Shown here in pieces: positions 8,544 through 19,316 of a stretch of 41,240 bases of DNA. A model generated the notes under the pieces. It was not told the DNA's origin, searched no databases, and saw only the letters and a program-made list of their open reading frames with translations. Source of the stretch: a virus (Duplodnaviria; Heunggongvirae; Uroviricota; Caudoviricetes); the IMG/VR virus record IMGVR_UViG_2541047725_000010; one strand, written 5' to 3'. Positions within the stretch are counted from its first letter, which is position 1. Each line of letters begins with the position of its first letter. The translations under genes were made by a program, and so were the position numbers.

Positions 8544-8555
8544 GTGACATGTCAC
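8544..8555. repeat. 12-bp perfect palindrome GTGACATGTCAC, copy 1
   Basis: Overlaps the TGA stop of gene 8552-8848; identical copy at 28897-28908. Confidence 0.6.
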
Positions 8556-8848
8556 GTCCCTTTTCTGAATGATAGCCATTCGAAAAATGATGACATTCCA
8601 CCGCAGACAATAGCAAAGATGATCCCACCAAAGAAGAGAAGGCCAGCCTGCCACCACTCCCACCGCCATACATCCACAGCGCCAACCATACCAACAATCG
8701 CTCCAACAAATGGAATATAGCTCACGATGAAAGCAATGGGGGCTGCAATTATCCAGTGCAATCCCCACCATGATTCAAGCCCAGCCATAATTGCTGCCAA
8801 CTGAAAAAGACCAACGACGATATAAACAATGAATCCTATAGCTTGCAT
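8552..8848 (-). CDS. Small integral membrane protein
   Basis: 98 aa, three hydrophobic helices, Trp-rich; follows the last internal virion protein gene. Confidence 0.55.
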   Translation of the reverse strand: MQAIGFIVYIVVGLFQLAAIMAGLESWWGLHWIIAAPIAFIVSYIPFVGAIVGMVGAVDVWRWEWWQAGLLFFGGIIFAIVCGGMSSFFEWLSFRKGT

Positions 8849-8860
8849 GTAGTCACCTAT

Positions 8861-9034
8861 TTACCCAGTAAAAATAAGAGGCCTCCCCTCAATAAGGCTT
8901 GCAACAAGAACTACTCCCTGCACAACAAAGATGAACCAGCAAATAGCTTGAGTCTGAGGGTTAAGAAAATATTTGTAGCGGTCAATAAATAACAATCCAC
9001 CAGAAATTATCACACTCAAAATAATTAAAAACAC
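8861..9034 (-). CDS. Possible small membrane protein (below ORF-track threshold, GTG start)
   Basis: 58 codons found by hand, almost wholly hydrophobic; no clear RBS; coordinates may be off by a base or two. Confidence 0.25.
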   Translation of the reverse strand: MFLIILSVIISGGLLFIDRYKYFLNPQTQAICWFIFVVQGVVLVASLIEGRPLIFTG

Positions 9035-9043
9035 AACACTTCC

Positions 9044-11518
9044 TTATTGCGGAGTGACATCCTGAGGTCGCCACCAGTATGTCTGGTTAAACTCTTTCTT
9101 CGAACGTTGCTCCATTTTACGCAAATAGCCTAGTGAAAAATACTCCTGCATCTGATTAAAGATCATGTGATCGAGAGCCGCCTTCAAGTACCAGAGATTC
9201 GCACCTGGCATCAAACCTTTCCCCAGCTTCACCAGATCACCACCAGTCTGCTCACTCTTCCCTTCCACAGCATTTAACGGTATGCCCTGAGCAATCTTCA
9301 CTACGTCATCAACCAGACCAGCTACCGGGCCAAGCATCGACGCCAGCGCGCCGCTTCCGTACCTAGTGTGATCTGACAATAAAAAGTCACCATAAAGGCC
9401 AAGACCACCACCTTTCAGTAGAGCACCAAGCCAGAATTTTGCGGCATCTTCTCCTGTCATCTCTCGAGGATTACGACCAGACGCAAGGTCGTTAAGTTGT
9501 TGCGACAAAGCGCCAAGAATGGTCGTACTGGCAATAAACGTCGCAATATATGCCGCACGCCCACCAGCAGACGGCATACCCATAGCGCGTGACCAGTGAC
9601 GCATAACAACCGAGATAGGGAACGATTTAAACAGGAAAACACTTCTCGTTAATTCACCTTTCCATGTTCCACGCTGAATACCAGAACCGGTTATCAGTTG
9701 CTCACGTGCTCCCGGTGTAATAACAGCCATATCAACTTCTTCAGTTACGGCACCGAGCAGTTTACGCATTGCCTCAAATTTCACGCGTTCAGGCTCACCA
9801 AGATGTTTAACTGCTGAATCAGGGATACGCATAATGCTTTCCGGTGTCAGCATCGTATTATTACCGTTCCCCCAGTCCTCCTGTTGCGCCAGCTTCCATA
9901 CGCTCCAGTCTGTGTCAGTAATCCCTTTGCTTTTCAGGATACGAAAATCAGAGTCATCGAGGCTACGAAGGTCTGGTGTTCGTGACACTACTTCTCCCAG
10001 GCTTCCCATCATGGTTACGCCATAGGCGCGCTTGTGCGCATCTGACCATGCTGTAAGCCCACTGGCACGCATTACCGCCGTTGCCGCCCAACGAGACACT
10101 GACGGCCCCATATTATCCATCGCCCAGCGGTTAACGCTGCCAAGTAGAGATTCCATCGCCAGACCAGCGCGGCGCGCCCGCGCAAGTTCTGTACGGTTCG
10201 TTGGGTCCATAGCTTCAAGCTGGTTGCGGAATAACTGGTTCATTGGAAGGTTGGTAACCTTCGCAGACAGATACATGGTTCCAAGATCAGAGAACGATGA
10301 CAGCAACGCGGATCCGAGTCTGCTGGCAACCAGCCAGTTGCGGATATTGTCAGACCATCGCGCGATGTGCGGATTCGCTACAGGCTGTGTCTTTCCGGAA
10401 ATAAAGTTGTACAGATTCTCTGTGTTGTTCGCTAGCCGCTCGACTTTACCGGTTTTACTCGGGTTAGCGGTTGCCGTTTCTGCCTTCACCTGATCAAGAA
10501 GAGAGCGGAAAACATGATCGGGGTTTGGGCCATATGTTTCCACCAGTGCAATATCTTTACTGATACCTTCCAGGTGACCGACCATGATTTCCCATAGAGA
10601 GCGATCGCCATAAAGTTGCTGATATTGCAGATAGGAATCTGCATCTTTGAAATGTATCTGTCGTGATGCATTACCACGGTTAGCACGTGCGCCGGAAATT
10701 CGCATTCCGGTATCAGTAAGCTTATTCAGCCCACCAGTAGCGATCGTGTTATAAGCCTCTCCAAGAAATGCAGACAACTCGGCATCGTTCATCAGTTGTC
10801 CATCGGCTCGGATATAATATTTGCGATCCAGCTTACCTATAACATCGCTAACCCACTTATCCTTTGATACCGCCCCAACCTTTTCCATAGAATGATGTTG
10901 AGGGATCCCCCAGTTTTCGAGATAGCCAATGTCCCCACCAGCATCATTAAACCGGCGGCGCAGCAGCTCTGTAACTTCTCTCCACGCCTTAGCACCTTTT
11001 CTTGCTTTAGCATTGCCAGTATTTTGCCCCCGCATTTCATATACCAAGTCACGTACGCCCGCTTCATCTTCAAACAGACCAAAAAAGCGAGGATCAACTG
11101 CTTCGAATGCCTCCTGCAATTGACTCAATGCATAATCACGGGTGGCTTTTGTTCTGGATTCAACAGAGAGGAAATTAGATTTACCGTCTGCATTAAAAGC
11201 TATAGTACGGTTAAGAGCGCCAAGTTTCCCATCAGCCCCTTGATAGCTATTGATAAATTTATCCAATCTCTGACGCGCGGCTATAGTGAGAGCCACACGA
11301 CGTTTCTTTAATGCCGCTTCTCGCTGTAATTCTTCAGATGCCAATTGTGCTGCTCGATATAGCCGCTCTGATTCGGAAAGTTGTCGCCACGACATCGGGT
11401 CATCACGAGCAATGGAGCGCATATTTCGATAAATGCGGTCTTCAATGTTCTGTATTTCTCGCGCCGTTAACGTGCGCTGCGCCGCCTGCTGGACCGCTTG
11501 TATACATTCCTGTCTCAT
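9044..11518 (-). CDS. Large virion internal/ejection protein (T7 gp16-like position)
   Basis: 824 aa; GAGAGG RBS; last of the large proteins following the tail-tube genes. Confidence 0.55.
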   Translation of the reverse strand: MRQECIQAVQQAAQRTLTAREIQNIEDRIYRNMRSIARDDPMSWRQLSESERLYRAAQLASEELQREAALKKRRVALTIAARQRLDKFINSYQGADGKLGALNRTIAFNADGKSNFLSVESRTKATRDYALSQLQEAFEAVDPRFFGLFEDEAGVRDLVYEMRGQNTGNAKARKGAKAWREVTELLRRRFNDAGGDIGYLENWGIPQHHSMEKVGAVSKDKWVSDVIGKLDRKYYIRADGQLMNDAELSAFLGEAYNTIATGGLNKLTDTGMRISGARANRGNASRQIHFKDADSYLQYQQLYGDRSLWEIMVGHLEGISKDIALVETYGPNPDHVFRSLLDQVKAETATANPSKTGKVERLANNTENLYNFISGKTQPVANPHIARWSDNIRNWLVASRLGSALLSSFSDLGTMYLSAKVTNLPMNQLFRNQLEAMDPTNRTELARARRAGLAMESLLGSVNRWAMDNMGPSVSRWAATAVMRASGLTAWSDAHKRAYGVTMMGSLGEVVSRTPDLRSLDDSDFRILKSKGITDTDWSVWKLAQQEDWGNGNNTMLTPESIMRIPDSAVKHLGEPERVKFEAMRKLLGAVTEEVDMAVITPGAREQLITGSGIQRGTWKGELTRSVFLFKSFPISVVMRHWSRAMGMPSAGGRAAYIATFIASTTILGALSQQLNDLASGRNPREMTGEDAAKFWLGALLKGGGLGLYGDFLLSDHTRYGSGALASMLGPVAGLVDDVVKIAQGIPLNAVEGKSEQTGGDLVKLGKGLMPGANLWYLKAALDHMIFNQMQEYFSLGYLRKMEQRSKKEFNQTYWWRPQDVTPQ

Positions 11519-11523
11519 TTAAT

Positions 11524-13326
11524 TTAACCTCTCAAGAAACACGCCACAGCGACATCAAACAGGCTGGAATCCTGTATTGCCTGCTCACTTTCCCTGTTCG
11601 CTTCATCCAGTACTTCACGCGCGCTGCGCGATTGTGGATTACCATCATCATCCAGCACGGTGATTATCATGTCAGGTGATTCAAGCAGCGAGTCTTCAGC
11701 TATGCGCAGATCAATATCTCCTGCCTGATCTGACATCATTTTTTGTTCTGCCTGTTGCAATATTTTATCAGGCTCAAAAGGAGCTACTTCGTCTGGCGTC
11801 CTGACCTCTGCTGTTTTATAGAATGAAACAGCCTGAGCATTAAGTTCACTTTCTGCCTGCTGTCTCCGAGCCAGTTCTGCTAGAGCTTCAAAAAACTGAC
11901 CGCCAGGCTCGTGCGGTGCCAACGCGTTACGGGAAAATTCCAGGCGTTCTTGTGCCTGCCGGATTCGTTGATCAATATCGCGAAGTCTGGCCTGTTTATC
12001 TGATCGAGCACGAGACAAAGCTTTACCGCTACCGGTTGGCTCTTCTGCAAGAATTTGTGCACGCTGTTCAGTGAGATTTTCAATAATTCGTTGGCTATTA
12101 GCGATTTCCGACTGGTAAACCTGTCTATCGCCACGCGGCAAAAGCTGCGCGGCCTGTTCTTCAAGCAACCGATTTTCTATAGCGCGCGCCGTTACTCCAT
12201 CATCTACAGATGACAGAGCCTCATTAACTGCCTGAGACAGCAGACTCTTGCGCCCAGGAATTTCACTGAAAGATGCAGACTCAACAATGCTGGCAACGTC
12301 TACAGGTCTCCCCTGGCTAACATCAGACATGGCTTTTCGCAGAGCCTGAATGTGAGAATTGCGCGAAAGCACGTTGATCGGCACGCCGGGAGCAATATCA
12401 ATTTCAGCATGATGAGCGGCATTCGCCGCCAGTGCAGCATCGACATCAACTGGTGAAAAATTTGGTGCGCTTGTAGACTCGCCGCGAGAGTTAATAAATC
12501 TGCCGACACCACCAAACGCCACTCCAAGAACAGCATCAATAGCAATTGCCTGTCGATCCAACACATCATACTGATTAGCCATTTCGCTATAGCCACCATC
12601 ACGAAGCGTTTTTGCAGTAAGCCCACGCTGTGCCATACCGAACGCAATATTTGTACCTGCGGCATAGGCAATATCTGGCGTTGCACGTACTGCTGTTGCT
12701 GCGGCGCGTCGCACTGAACTTTCACCCGTCCGCGCAAGCTGAGCCGCCACACCTTCCGCCAGCGCACCACCAGCACGTAACCCGAGGCTCATAGGGATCA
12801 GTGTTCCGGCACCAGCAGTAATACCCTGCACTAATCCCGCTTCCTGCGCCGTCCTGAAATCAACACCCTGTGCTGTCAGCCGTTCAAACTCAGAAAAACC
12901 CTGTAGCGAAGTTACCGCCGCAGCACCTCCGACCGGACCACCGAGCGTTGTACCGACAACAGCCTGCCCGCCCATATCGAACAACCCATAAAGGACCTGC
13001 CCGGCGGTTCCGGTTGTCGCGGCATCAGGCGTCAGCCGCTTAACCTGCTGCTCTGCTAGTTTTCTCTGCTCAGCAATGTATGAAACTGAAGTGTCATTGA
13101 ACGAGGTGTTTTCGTTAACAAACTGAGCAATCGGGGATACGATTTTATCCATCCCTGCCCATAGCAACTGATCTGGCTTTGCCACCAGCCCGGAGTACAA
13201 ACCAGACAATGCCGCTCCTACAGCATTGTCGAAAAAACCAACATCGCTGTTAAATCCAGCTGGATTTGATGCAGCTTCGTCAAGCTGCTGATTCTGGTTT
13301 ACTGGATTAAGGCCAAAGTAACTCAT
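11524..13326 (-). CDS. Virion internal/ejection protein
   Basis: 600 aa, Gly/Ala-rich; ATGA overlap with the upstream gene. Confidence 0.55.
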   Translation of the reverse strand: MSYFGLNPVNQNQQLDEAASNPAGFNSDVGFFDNAVGAALSGLYSGLVAKPDQLLWAGMDKIVSPIAQFVNENTSFNDTSVSYIAEQRKLAEQQVKRLTPDAATTGTAGQVLYGLFDMGGQAVVGTTLGGPVGGAAAVTSLQGFSEFERLTAQGVDFRTAQEAGLVQGITAGAGTLIPMSLGLRAGGALAEGVAAQLARTGESSVRRAAATAVRATPDIAYAAGTNIAFGMAQRGLTAKTLRDGGYSEMANQYDVLDRQAIAIDAVLGVAFGGVGRFINSRGESTSAPNFSPVDVDAALAANAAHHAEIDIAPGVPINVLSRNSHIQALRKAMSDVSQGRPVDVASIVESASFSEIPGRKSLLSQAVNEALSSVDDGVTARAIENRLLEEQAAQLLPRGDRQVYQSEIANSQRIIENLTEQRAQILAEEPTGSGKALSRARSDKQARLRDIDQRIRQAQERLEFSRNALAPHEPGGQFFEALAELARRQQAESELNAQAVSFYKTAEVRTPDEVAPFEPDKILQQAEQKMMSDQAGDIDLRIAEDSLLESPDMIITVLDDDGNPQSRSAREVLDEANRESEQAIQDSSLFDVAVACFLRG

Positions 13327-15836
13327 TGCGGAATATCTCCGGAGAATCTCTGGCGCTTCTGTGTCAGATTAAGAACAACGGGAGAACCATCATCTTTCAG
13401 CAGATAACCAGTACCAAGCTTCACCAGGTACTGACTATCGCCGTAACTTTGCAAACCATACTGACCAGGCGGTGTTTTTATCCCGGAGCCGACAACTTGT
13501 TCATTCCAAGCCTGATTAACCTGCTTATCGAATTGCTCTGCAGACATTCCCCACGGCAAAAGGACATTCCCCATTCCGTTATAGTCATGCACGCCACCTG
13601 TAGCTACGTTAACAGCCTGTTTCCAGACATCATTGTCAATTTCTCCTGATACCACGCCTTTTTTCGCCATCACACCAGCGTAATAATCCTTTGCGATCTC
13701 GTATGCCATTGATGCCCCATGAGCGTCACCAGCAAATGCATCCTTCACCATGTCAGAAAACTCAAGGCGAAGATCAGCATCTTTAGGCATCGGAATACCT
13801 TTCGCATCATCAGTACCTTTACGAGCCGCCGCGCCAGCAAGAATTGTCTGCGCAGCGGTTTCAGGAGACACGGAAACATCCGGATTAAACCAGTTTTTTT
13901 CTGCCAAAATACCACCAGGCTTATCCATCAGTATCCCGGCAACGGCAGCAGATGGAGCGTTGGCACTGATCTGCTGTAGTGCTGACATATACATCTGCCC
14001 ACCACCAGTGCTCTGCCTGATGGTATCGAGATATGCTGCCTGTTGGGAAACTGGAGCATCACGAAAGAAAACACCGATCTGATTGGCCTCGTCTTTGGAA
14101 AAGAACGTCAGTGGAGTGCCATATGACTTAGCAAGGTCACTGACCTGAGCGGCACGCAAGGCAACGCTCTGTCCAAAGTTATCCTTATTGCTCATGTCGA
14201 TAGGCTTTGCCTGTCCGGAGGCAAGAGAGAACTGCACAGGATCCGACTGCCGCTGCTTTATCACCTGATTTGCAGCCGAAACAACGTTGTCATAAAGAGC
14301 TGCGCGTGCCGCATACCCCTCCCCTGTATCACCAGTATCCGGGCGTAATTGCTCAACATATGCTGTAATGCTGCTTGTCGGCATGTTGCGGAAAGAGCCT
14401 ATATACTGTCCGGCGATCTGCGTATTCTTAAACTCGGTATATCGCAGGTTTCCTTCTCTGACTCCATAAGCTGCAATAAAATCATCCTCACCAGGTGGGT
14501 TAGGAAATTCAACGCCACGCATATACGCAGCCGTCGCATCGCGAACCCGGCTGTCGAGCATCGTTTTATATTCAGCCTGCTGCTGCCGACGCAGTTGATC
14601 CGCCTGTCGCATAAAACTTGCTTGCGCCTCAGGAGATGCCGCATCGAATGCTGCATTACCGGTATAGCGTTTGGTGTTGGTTGGAATTGTTGATAAACCA
14701 AGTGCTGCACTGACACCAGCAGTTAACTGCTGATCACTGTATGGCTGGCTACCGTTCTCATGATGGATAATGGCTGCACAAAGCGCCTTCAGGGTATCAG
14801 GATTAGATGCATCGAGAGGCTCATCAGCAGAAACGCCAAGTTGTTCGCACACTGCTTTGATATACGACATAGTGTCATTTTTATCAGTAGGCGGTGCCCA
14901 GCGATTAATTATCTCGCTGACGGTATCAATACCCTGCCTCTGATACGACATCAGGTTCCGCCCTAATGCACGAATCCCGTGTTCAGGTGTTTCGAATTTA
15001 GCAAATCGACCATCATCACCGGTCTGGCCTACCCACGGATTAGTTTTGCTGTATTCGAGATTTCCTGGGTTATTGTTGCGTATGCCACGGGCACGCTCGG
15101 AAGAGTCACTATCTGCTACAGCACGGCGAGCTCCAGCAGCAGTATCACTTAACTCGCCATTACTTTGGATGAATGCGGTCGCATTGTTTGCCGACCACTG
15201 GGACAATGCAGCATCAGCAACCTTCTCTTTAAACTCGATTTTCTTGGCCTGGATTTGCTCGTCACTCCAGCCATGTGCAATGCCGTAATCCTCAATTTGC
15301 TGGAAAGTTTGCTTATTAGCCAATACGTATGCGGCGTTGTCGCCATACAATGCTGCGGCATTTTTACCATTGTTCAGCAGCGTAGCCTGAAACTGGCCTT
15401 CTTCGTAGGCATTTATTTGCCCTATCTCGTGCCGCCCTGCCTGCGTAGTGAACTGAATGCGCTGCTGCTGCGCCTGCTGCATGAAAGCATTACGAGCCTG
15501 TTCATCCGGCAGCGACATAGCCAGTTGTTCGACCTGAGCATCAAACTGCTGCGTATACTCCTGACCTTTTCCAATAGCATTTTTCCCTTTCAGGTTAAGC
15601 AATCCTGTTTCAGGATTATTCAGCAGATCACTGCTTATCTGACTGAGGTTAAGAGATGCCTCCTGAGCCAGAGCGATATTGGCACGCTGTTTTGCCTGAC
15701 CAAAAACATCAATTGCCTCTGTCCCTGCCCGAACAAAAGCATCACCAATACCTGGCTGAGAAAACGTCTGCAAGCCTGCTGACTGAACTCCACGGCTCTG
15801 AACCTGACGGCCGGATACTGTTGGTACGACTGGCAT
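13323..15836 (-). CDS. Large virion internal protein (T7 gp15-like position)
   Basis: Start placed at ATG 15836 (GGAGG RBS, TAATG coupling) rather than the track start 15911; about 837 aa. Confidence 0.55.
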   Translation of the reverse strand: MPVVPTVSGRQVQSRGVQSAGLQTFSQPGIGDAFVRAGTEAIDVFGQAKQRANIALAQEASLNLSQISSDLLNNPETGLLNLKGKNAIGKGQEYTQQFDAQVEQLAMSLPDEQARNAFMQQAQQQRIQFTTQAGRHEIGQINAYEEGQFQATLLNNGKNAAALYGDNAAYVLANKQTFQQIEDYGIAHGWSDEQIQAKKIEFKEKVADAALSQWSANNATAFIQSNGELSDTAAGARRAVADSDSSERARGIRNNNPGNLEYSKTNPWVGQTGDDGRFAKFETPEHGIRALGRNLMSYQRQGIDTVSEIINRWAPPTDKNDTMSYIKAVCEQLGVSADEPLDASNPDTLKALCAAIIHHENGSQPYSDQQLTAGVSAALGLSTIPTNTKRYTGNAAFDAASPEAQASFMRQADQLRRQQQAEYKTMLDSRVRDATAAYMRGVEFPNPPGEDDFIAAYGVREGNLRYTEFKNTQIAGQYIGSFRNMPTSSITAYVEQLRPDTGDTGEGYAARAALYDNVVSAANQVIKQRQSDPVQFSLASGQAKPIDMSNKDNFGQSVALRAAQVSDLAKSYGTPLTFFSKDEANQIGVFFRDAPVSQQAAYLDTIRQSTGGGQMYMSALQQISANAPSAAVAGILMDKPGGILAEKNWFNPDVSVSPETAAQTILAGAAARKGTDDAKGIPMPKDADLRLEFSDMVKDAFAGDAHGASMAYEIAKDYYAGVMAKKGVVSGEIDNDVWKQAVNVATGGVHDYNGMGNVLLPWGMSAEQFDKQVNQAWNEQVVGSGIKTPPGQYGLQSYGDSQYLVKLGTGYLLKDDGSPVVLNLTQKRQRFSGDIPQ

Positions 15837-16381
15837 TATAATCCTCCGGGTAATCTGGTTCCTGCTGCTGACCCGATTGGCGCAGGGGTGCTTTGAGTAA
15901 ACGGACTCCACGTCCCACCAAACATCTGGTACGCACCGTATGCCTTCAGAGGCGCAGTGAGCAATGTTGTTGCTGCTCCCACATTCTCCTGTTTACGGGC
16001 TGAACTGGCTTCTGCTTTATAGTTGGCAGCCTGAACCTGATAACCGTAAGCCTCGCGTTGCGCGTTATTCACCGTCGTCAGCGAATCAAGAGCGCCAAAC
16101 TGGGCAGTGTCGCCAAATATATCCAGCGCGTTACCTGTAGATAAATCAGCGCCGGTAGCCCCCATTGTCGCCGCCTGTGTACCAAGCCGCTGTCGGGTCT
16201 CTCTGCGCCGTTGCTCAGCTTCAGCGTTACCTCTGTTTATTGCATCATTTGCCTGAGCTGTGGCTATATCTGCGTTCGCTTCTGCAACCTTCGAGGTATA
16301 CTTTCCCTGTTGGTACTGGGTGTATGCCTGAATGCCACTCATGGCGAGCATTGCGCCACCAGCAATAACCGGATCGCACAT
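15836..16381 (-). CDS. Small virion internal protein (T7 gp14-like position)
   Basis: 181 aa; N-terminal hydrophobic segment, Ala/Gln-rich; coupled to neighbours. Confidence 0.45.
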   Translation of the reverse strand: MCDPVIAGGAMLAMSGIQAYTQYQQGKYTSKVAEANADIATAQANDAINRGNAEAEQRRRETRQRLGTQAATMGATGADLSTGNALDIFGDTAQFGALDSLTTVNNAQREAYGYQVQAANYKAEASSARKQENVGAATTLLTAPLKAYGAYQMFGGTWSPFTQSTPAPIGSAAGTRLPGGL

Positions 16382-16845
16382 TATTTTCTCTCCATGTGAA
16401 ATCTGTGGAAATTAAGACCAAGAGCACCATAAGGCGCGGCTTCTTCAAGCCTGAATCCAAGCCAGTGCAGCCATGCTTTGGCAACATGGTTTCGCTCGTC
16501 GACATAGTTTTCCAGGCGCGGATAAACTGCCAGCATCTGCTGCAATACAGGGCGGCAGTGGCGAAGAAATGTCTTCTGATATTTTTCGATACGGCTGGTT
16601 CCGACCAGCCAGGGCGTACCATTGCCACCGATCATTGACGCCGGAGATACGCCAAACATGGTTACCAGTTCTCCGTTCGCAAATCCTGACCAGGACATAG
16701 TCGCAGTACGCAGACCAACACGCAGCGCATCTTCGGTAGTCATCAGTGATACCGCATACAGTTCGTCAATATCAGCCTGACGAACATCCGGCAAAATCAT
16801 CTGAAGATGCTCTTCGGTTGCGGGAATAATTTGAACATCGATCAT
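16381..16845 (-). CDS. Virion-associated protein (T7 gp13-like position)
   Basis: 154 aa; coupled to the tail-tube B-like gene. Confidence 0.45.
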   Translation of the reverse strand: MIDVQIIPATEEHLQMILPDVRQADIDELYAVSLMTTEDALRVGLRTATMSWSGFANGELVTMFGVSPASMIGGNGTPWLVGTSRIEKYQKTFLRHCRPVLQQMLAVYPRLENYVDERNHVAKAWLHWLGFRLEEAAPYGALGLNFHRFHMERK

Positions 16846-19316
16846 CAGAATCCCCCAACAGTAAGGCGAGGAATAACTGCAAGAACAGACAGCGGCAACG
16901 GATCAAGCTGACGGATTTTTACACGTCCGTTTTTGCCCCAGTTACTGTCCAGTTTCACTTCTACTTTTCCGGTAGCATCATCAACAGGATCATCGTAGAA
17001 CTCGAATTCACGCTGTGGATATTCGTACCATTTACCGCCGGGCGTAGTCGCCCAGATGCCGCGACTGGCATTCACAACCAGAGTAACGGACGGGATCACC
17101 TGTTTTTTGTCCAGCAGCGTTTCCTGTCCGTTAATGTTGATATCCAGTGTTTCGAATTCAGCAGTTATTGGCAGGCCGATGTGCACTACAGCCCCCGGAG
17201 ATTCCAGCGTGACGGCACCTCCGGAAACCACTTTCTGTGGTTCCACGTTCGCATCAGAGAGGATGTTTACGGTCTGGCCTTCAAGATGAGACAAGCCGCC
17301 AAATGTCCGGCGCGCCATCTGCCAGTTCGTGGTGGCCACATTCCTGAGGGATGGCGGGACGTTCCTGTTAGCACGAACCACTACAGCGGTATTGCTGGTT
17401 ACAGAAATAATGTCGCAACGTAATTCTTTTGACACTTCATCGCCAATATCAGGAACAGTTCCGGCATAAGGGAACTGTAGTTGCGCGCCGACATCACTAC
17501 TGGTGAAGTACGCACCACCAGAAATACTGATTGTATATTCCGCGCGGTAATCCCATTCACCAGAACCACCAGTGATGGTCATCGTTCTGTCAGACGTATT
17601 TCTTCCATCATAGCTAAGGCCAGAATCAACAAAGAAAGCATCTTCATCGCTGGTAAATAAACGGCTGGACAGTCGCTCTATGTATCTCACTGTTTGCCCG
17701 TTAACGGTTCGGTTAACGACGAAATACACCGCATCTTCATTGCCTTCGCTGATACTGCATGTGCTTTCATATTTCCCGGTACTGGATTGTGGTGCCCATG
17801 CAAAAACCTGCTGATCACGCAAATAGGTCATCACCAGTAATTTACCGTCATCACGAATGCAGAAGGCGCTGGAGTAAGGGACAATCGAGAAGCACCAGTC
17901 AACAATGCTGTGCTTCTGAAAAAGATGATTGGCAAGGATGGTCAGGTCGTTCCCCTGATAGCCGTCAACATCGAATGAGTAGGCCAGATCACGGACAACA
18001 CTGCCTTTCTCCTGGACGAACAGAGCAATATTCGCCACGGCAATTGGTGGGACATTGCTCGAGCCATTTGATCCCTGAGAGCTGAATGCAAATGATGATG
18101 GGGTTAACACTTTGTTCTGGTCGCCGGTGATGACGTACTCACCTCCGGAAGTCAGCGCCACCAGCGAACCAACATCAATCAGGTGACGGATCTCATTAAC
18201 CTGACGCCCGGCATAGGTGTAGATAATTCTGTCGTCATCCTGCGTAGGATTGCTTTTGCCAAAATCCTTATAATCCCCGGTACGGCTGGCCCAGATAGTC
18301 TGAGGGAACGCAGTCGATGCGGCGAAGTAAAGACGTTGTTGATAATAAACAACAGTGCCAGGATAACCATTAACTCTGTTCCAGGCATATTTAGCCCATT
18401 TATAGCTGGCATTATCCTCGCCAACGACCTGCGAAGGGATATAGGAAATCACCTGGGCAGTTGCAGTAGTGCCATTTGCAACAGTGATACGGGCAATGCC
18501 AAAACCACTGTGCAGATATTCCCACTCAATGCCAGTATCATCATCTCCGGATCCGCCCCAGCCATCCCATGATGTGCCTTCTGTATGCGAAGGGCGCAAA
18601 GTGCCTGTTTTACCTGCCGTAACAGCACGATAGTAGTTACTGTCTGCACGGCGAATATCGCCAATCGACGTACTCTTACTGGTTTCCCATACCGGTACTG
18701 AATCCACTGCTGGCTGTTCCAGATAGAACAATTTGCCTACCTGTTCCGCGCCAAAAATAGAGGCGTTTGCCGTTAACGTAATTGTCCCGGTGCTGGCGCT
18801 GGCATAAACCGTCACTGACTCGTCAATATTGATATCTTCAAATGGCCCGTTCTTCGTTACCACATCAACCAGTTGCCAGTTGTCATGCGCATAGCGGCGC
18901 AACTCTTTCGGCGGGTATGCCGGGTGAACCAGCGTAAGCACGTCGGCGCTTTGCGTGAATTTAATTCGGAACAGATCGGCTTCAGTATATGGCGTGGCAA
19001 TTTCATAAATAACATTGCTGCTGTTCAGCACCAACGCACCATCTTTGATAACGCGCATGTACTGGTGTCCGAACTCCAGAGCATAGGTCTGAACCGTCGA
19101 GAACTGGAACGGGATCAGACGGCATTTCCGATTTGGGTATTTGGCGGCACCGACAAAACGCGTACCAGGTCGATTCTCAACGCCGCCATACTGCCGCACG
19201 ATAAAATTATCGCACTTGCGCAATGCCACCTGGTACTTCGCCATGTCGATACGTCCGAACAACGACGGTCCAATCTCACCACCGGCAAAGCTGGGCTGGA
19301 TCCAACTGATAGCCAT
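16845..19316 (-). CDS. Tail tubular protein B-like (nozzle)
   Basis: 823 aa; size and position after a gp11-like gene match the podovirus tail-tube arrangement. Confidence 0.55.
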   Translation of the reverse strand: MAISWIQPSFAGGEIGPSLFGRIDMAKYQVALRKCDNFIVRQYGGVENRPGTRFVGAAKYPNRKCRLIPFQFSTVQTYALEFGHQYMRVIKDGALVLNSSNVIYEIATPYTEADLFRIKFTQSADVLTLVHPAYPPKELRRYAHDNWQLVDVVTKNGPFEDINIDESVTVYASASTGTITLTANASIFGAEQVGKLFYLEQPAVDSVPVWETSKSTSIGDIRRADSNYYRAVTAGKTGTLRPSHTEGTSWDGWGGSGDDDTGIEWEYLHSGFGIARITVANGTTATAQVISYIPSQVVGEDNASYKWAKYAWNRVNGYPGTVVYYQQRLYFAASTAFPQTIWASRTGDYKDFGKSNPTQDDDRIIYTYAGRQVNEIRHLIDVGSLVALTSGGEYVITGDQNKVLTPSSFAFSSQGSNGSSNVPPIAVANIALFVQEKGSVVRDLAYSFDVDGYQGNDLTILANHLFQKHSIVDWCFSIVPYSSAFCIRDDGKLLVMTYLRDQQVFAWAPQSSTGKYESTCSISEGNEDAVYFVVNRTVNGQTVRYIERLSSRLFTSDEDAFFVDSGLSYDGRNTSDRTMTITGGSGEWDYRAEYTISISGGAYFTSSDVGAQLQFPYAGTVPDIGDEVSKELRCDIISVTSNTAVVVRANRNVPPSLRNVATTNWQMARRTFGGLSHLEGQTVNILSDANVEPQKVVSGGAVTLESPGAVVHIGLPITAEFETLDININGQETLLDKKQVIPSVTLVVNASRGIWATTPGGKWYEYPQREFEFYDDPVDDATGKVEVKLDSNWGKNGRVKIRQLDPLPLSVLAVIPRLTVGGF

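Noticed and set aside
8544-8555. GTGACATGTCAC as a CRP or FNR site
   Set aside because: Half-site spacing does not fit CRP (TGTGA-N6-TCACA) or FNR (TTGAT-N4-ATCAA); treated as a phage-specific palindrome.
12300-12776. 158-aa minus-strand ORF in an alternate frame
   Set aside because: Embedded in the 600-aa internal virion protein gene; no independent initiation signals.
15165-15782. 205-aa plus-strand ORF
   Set aside because: Antisense to the large internal virion protein gene; Leu/Cys-rich composition typical of out-of-frame translation.
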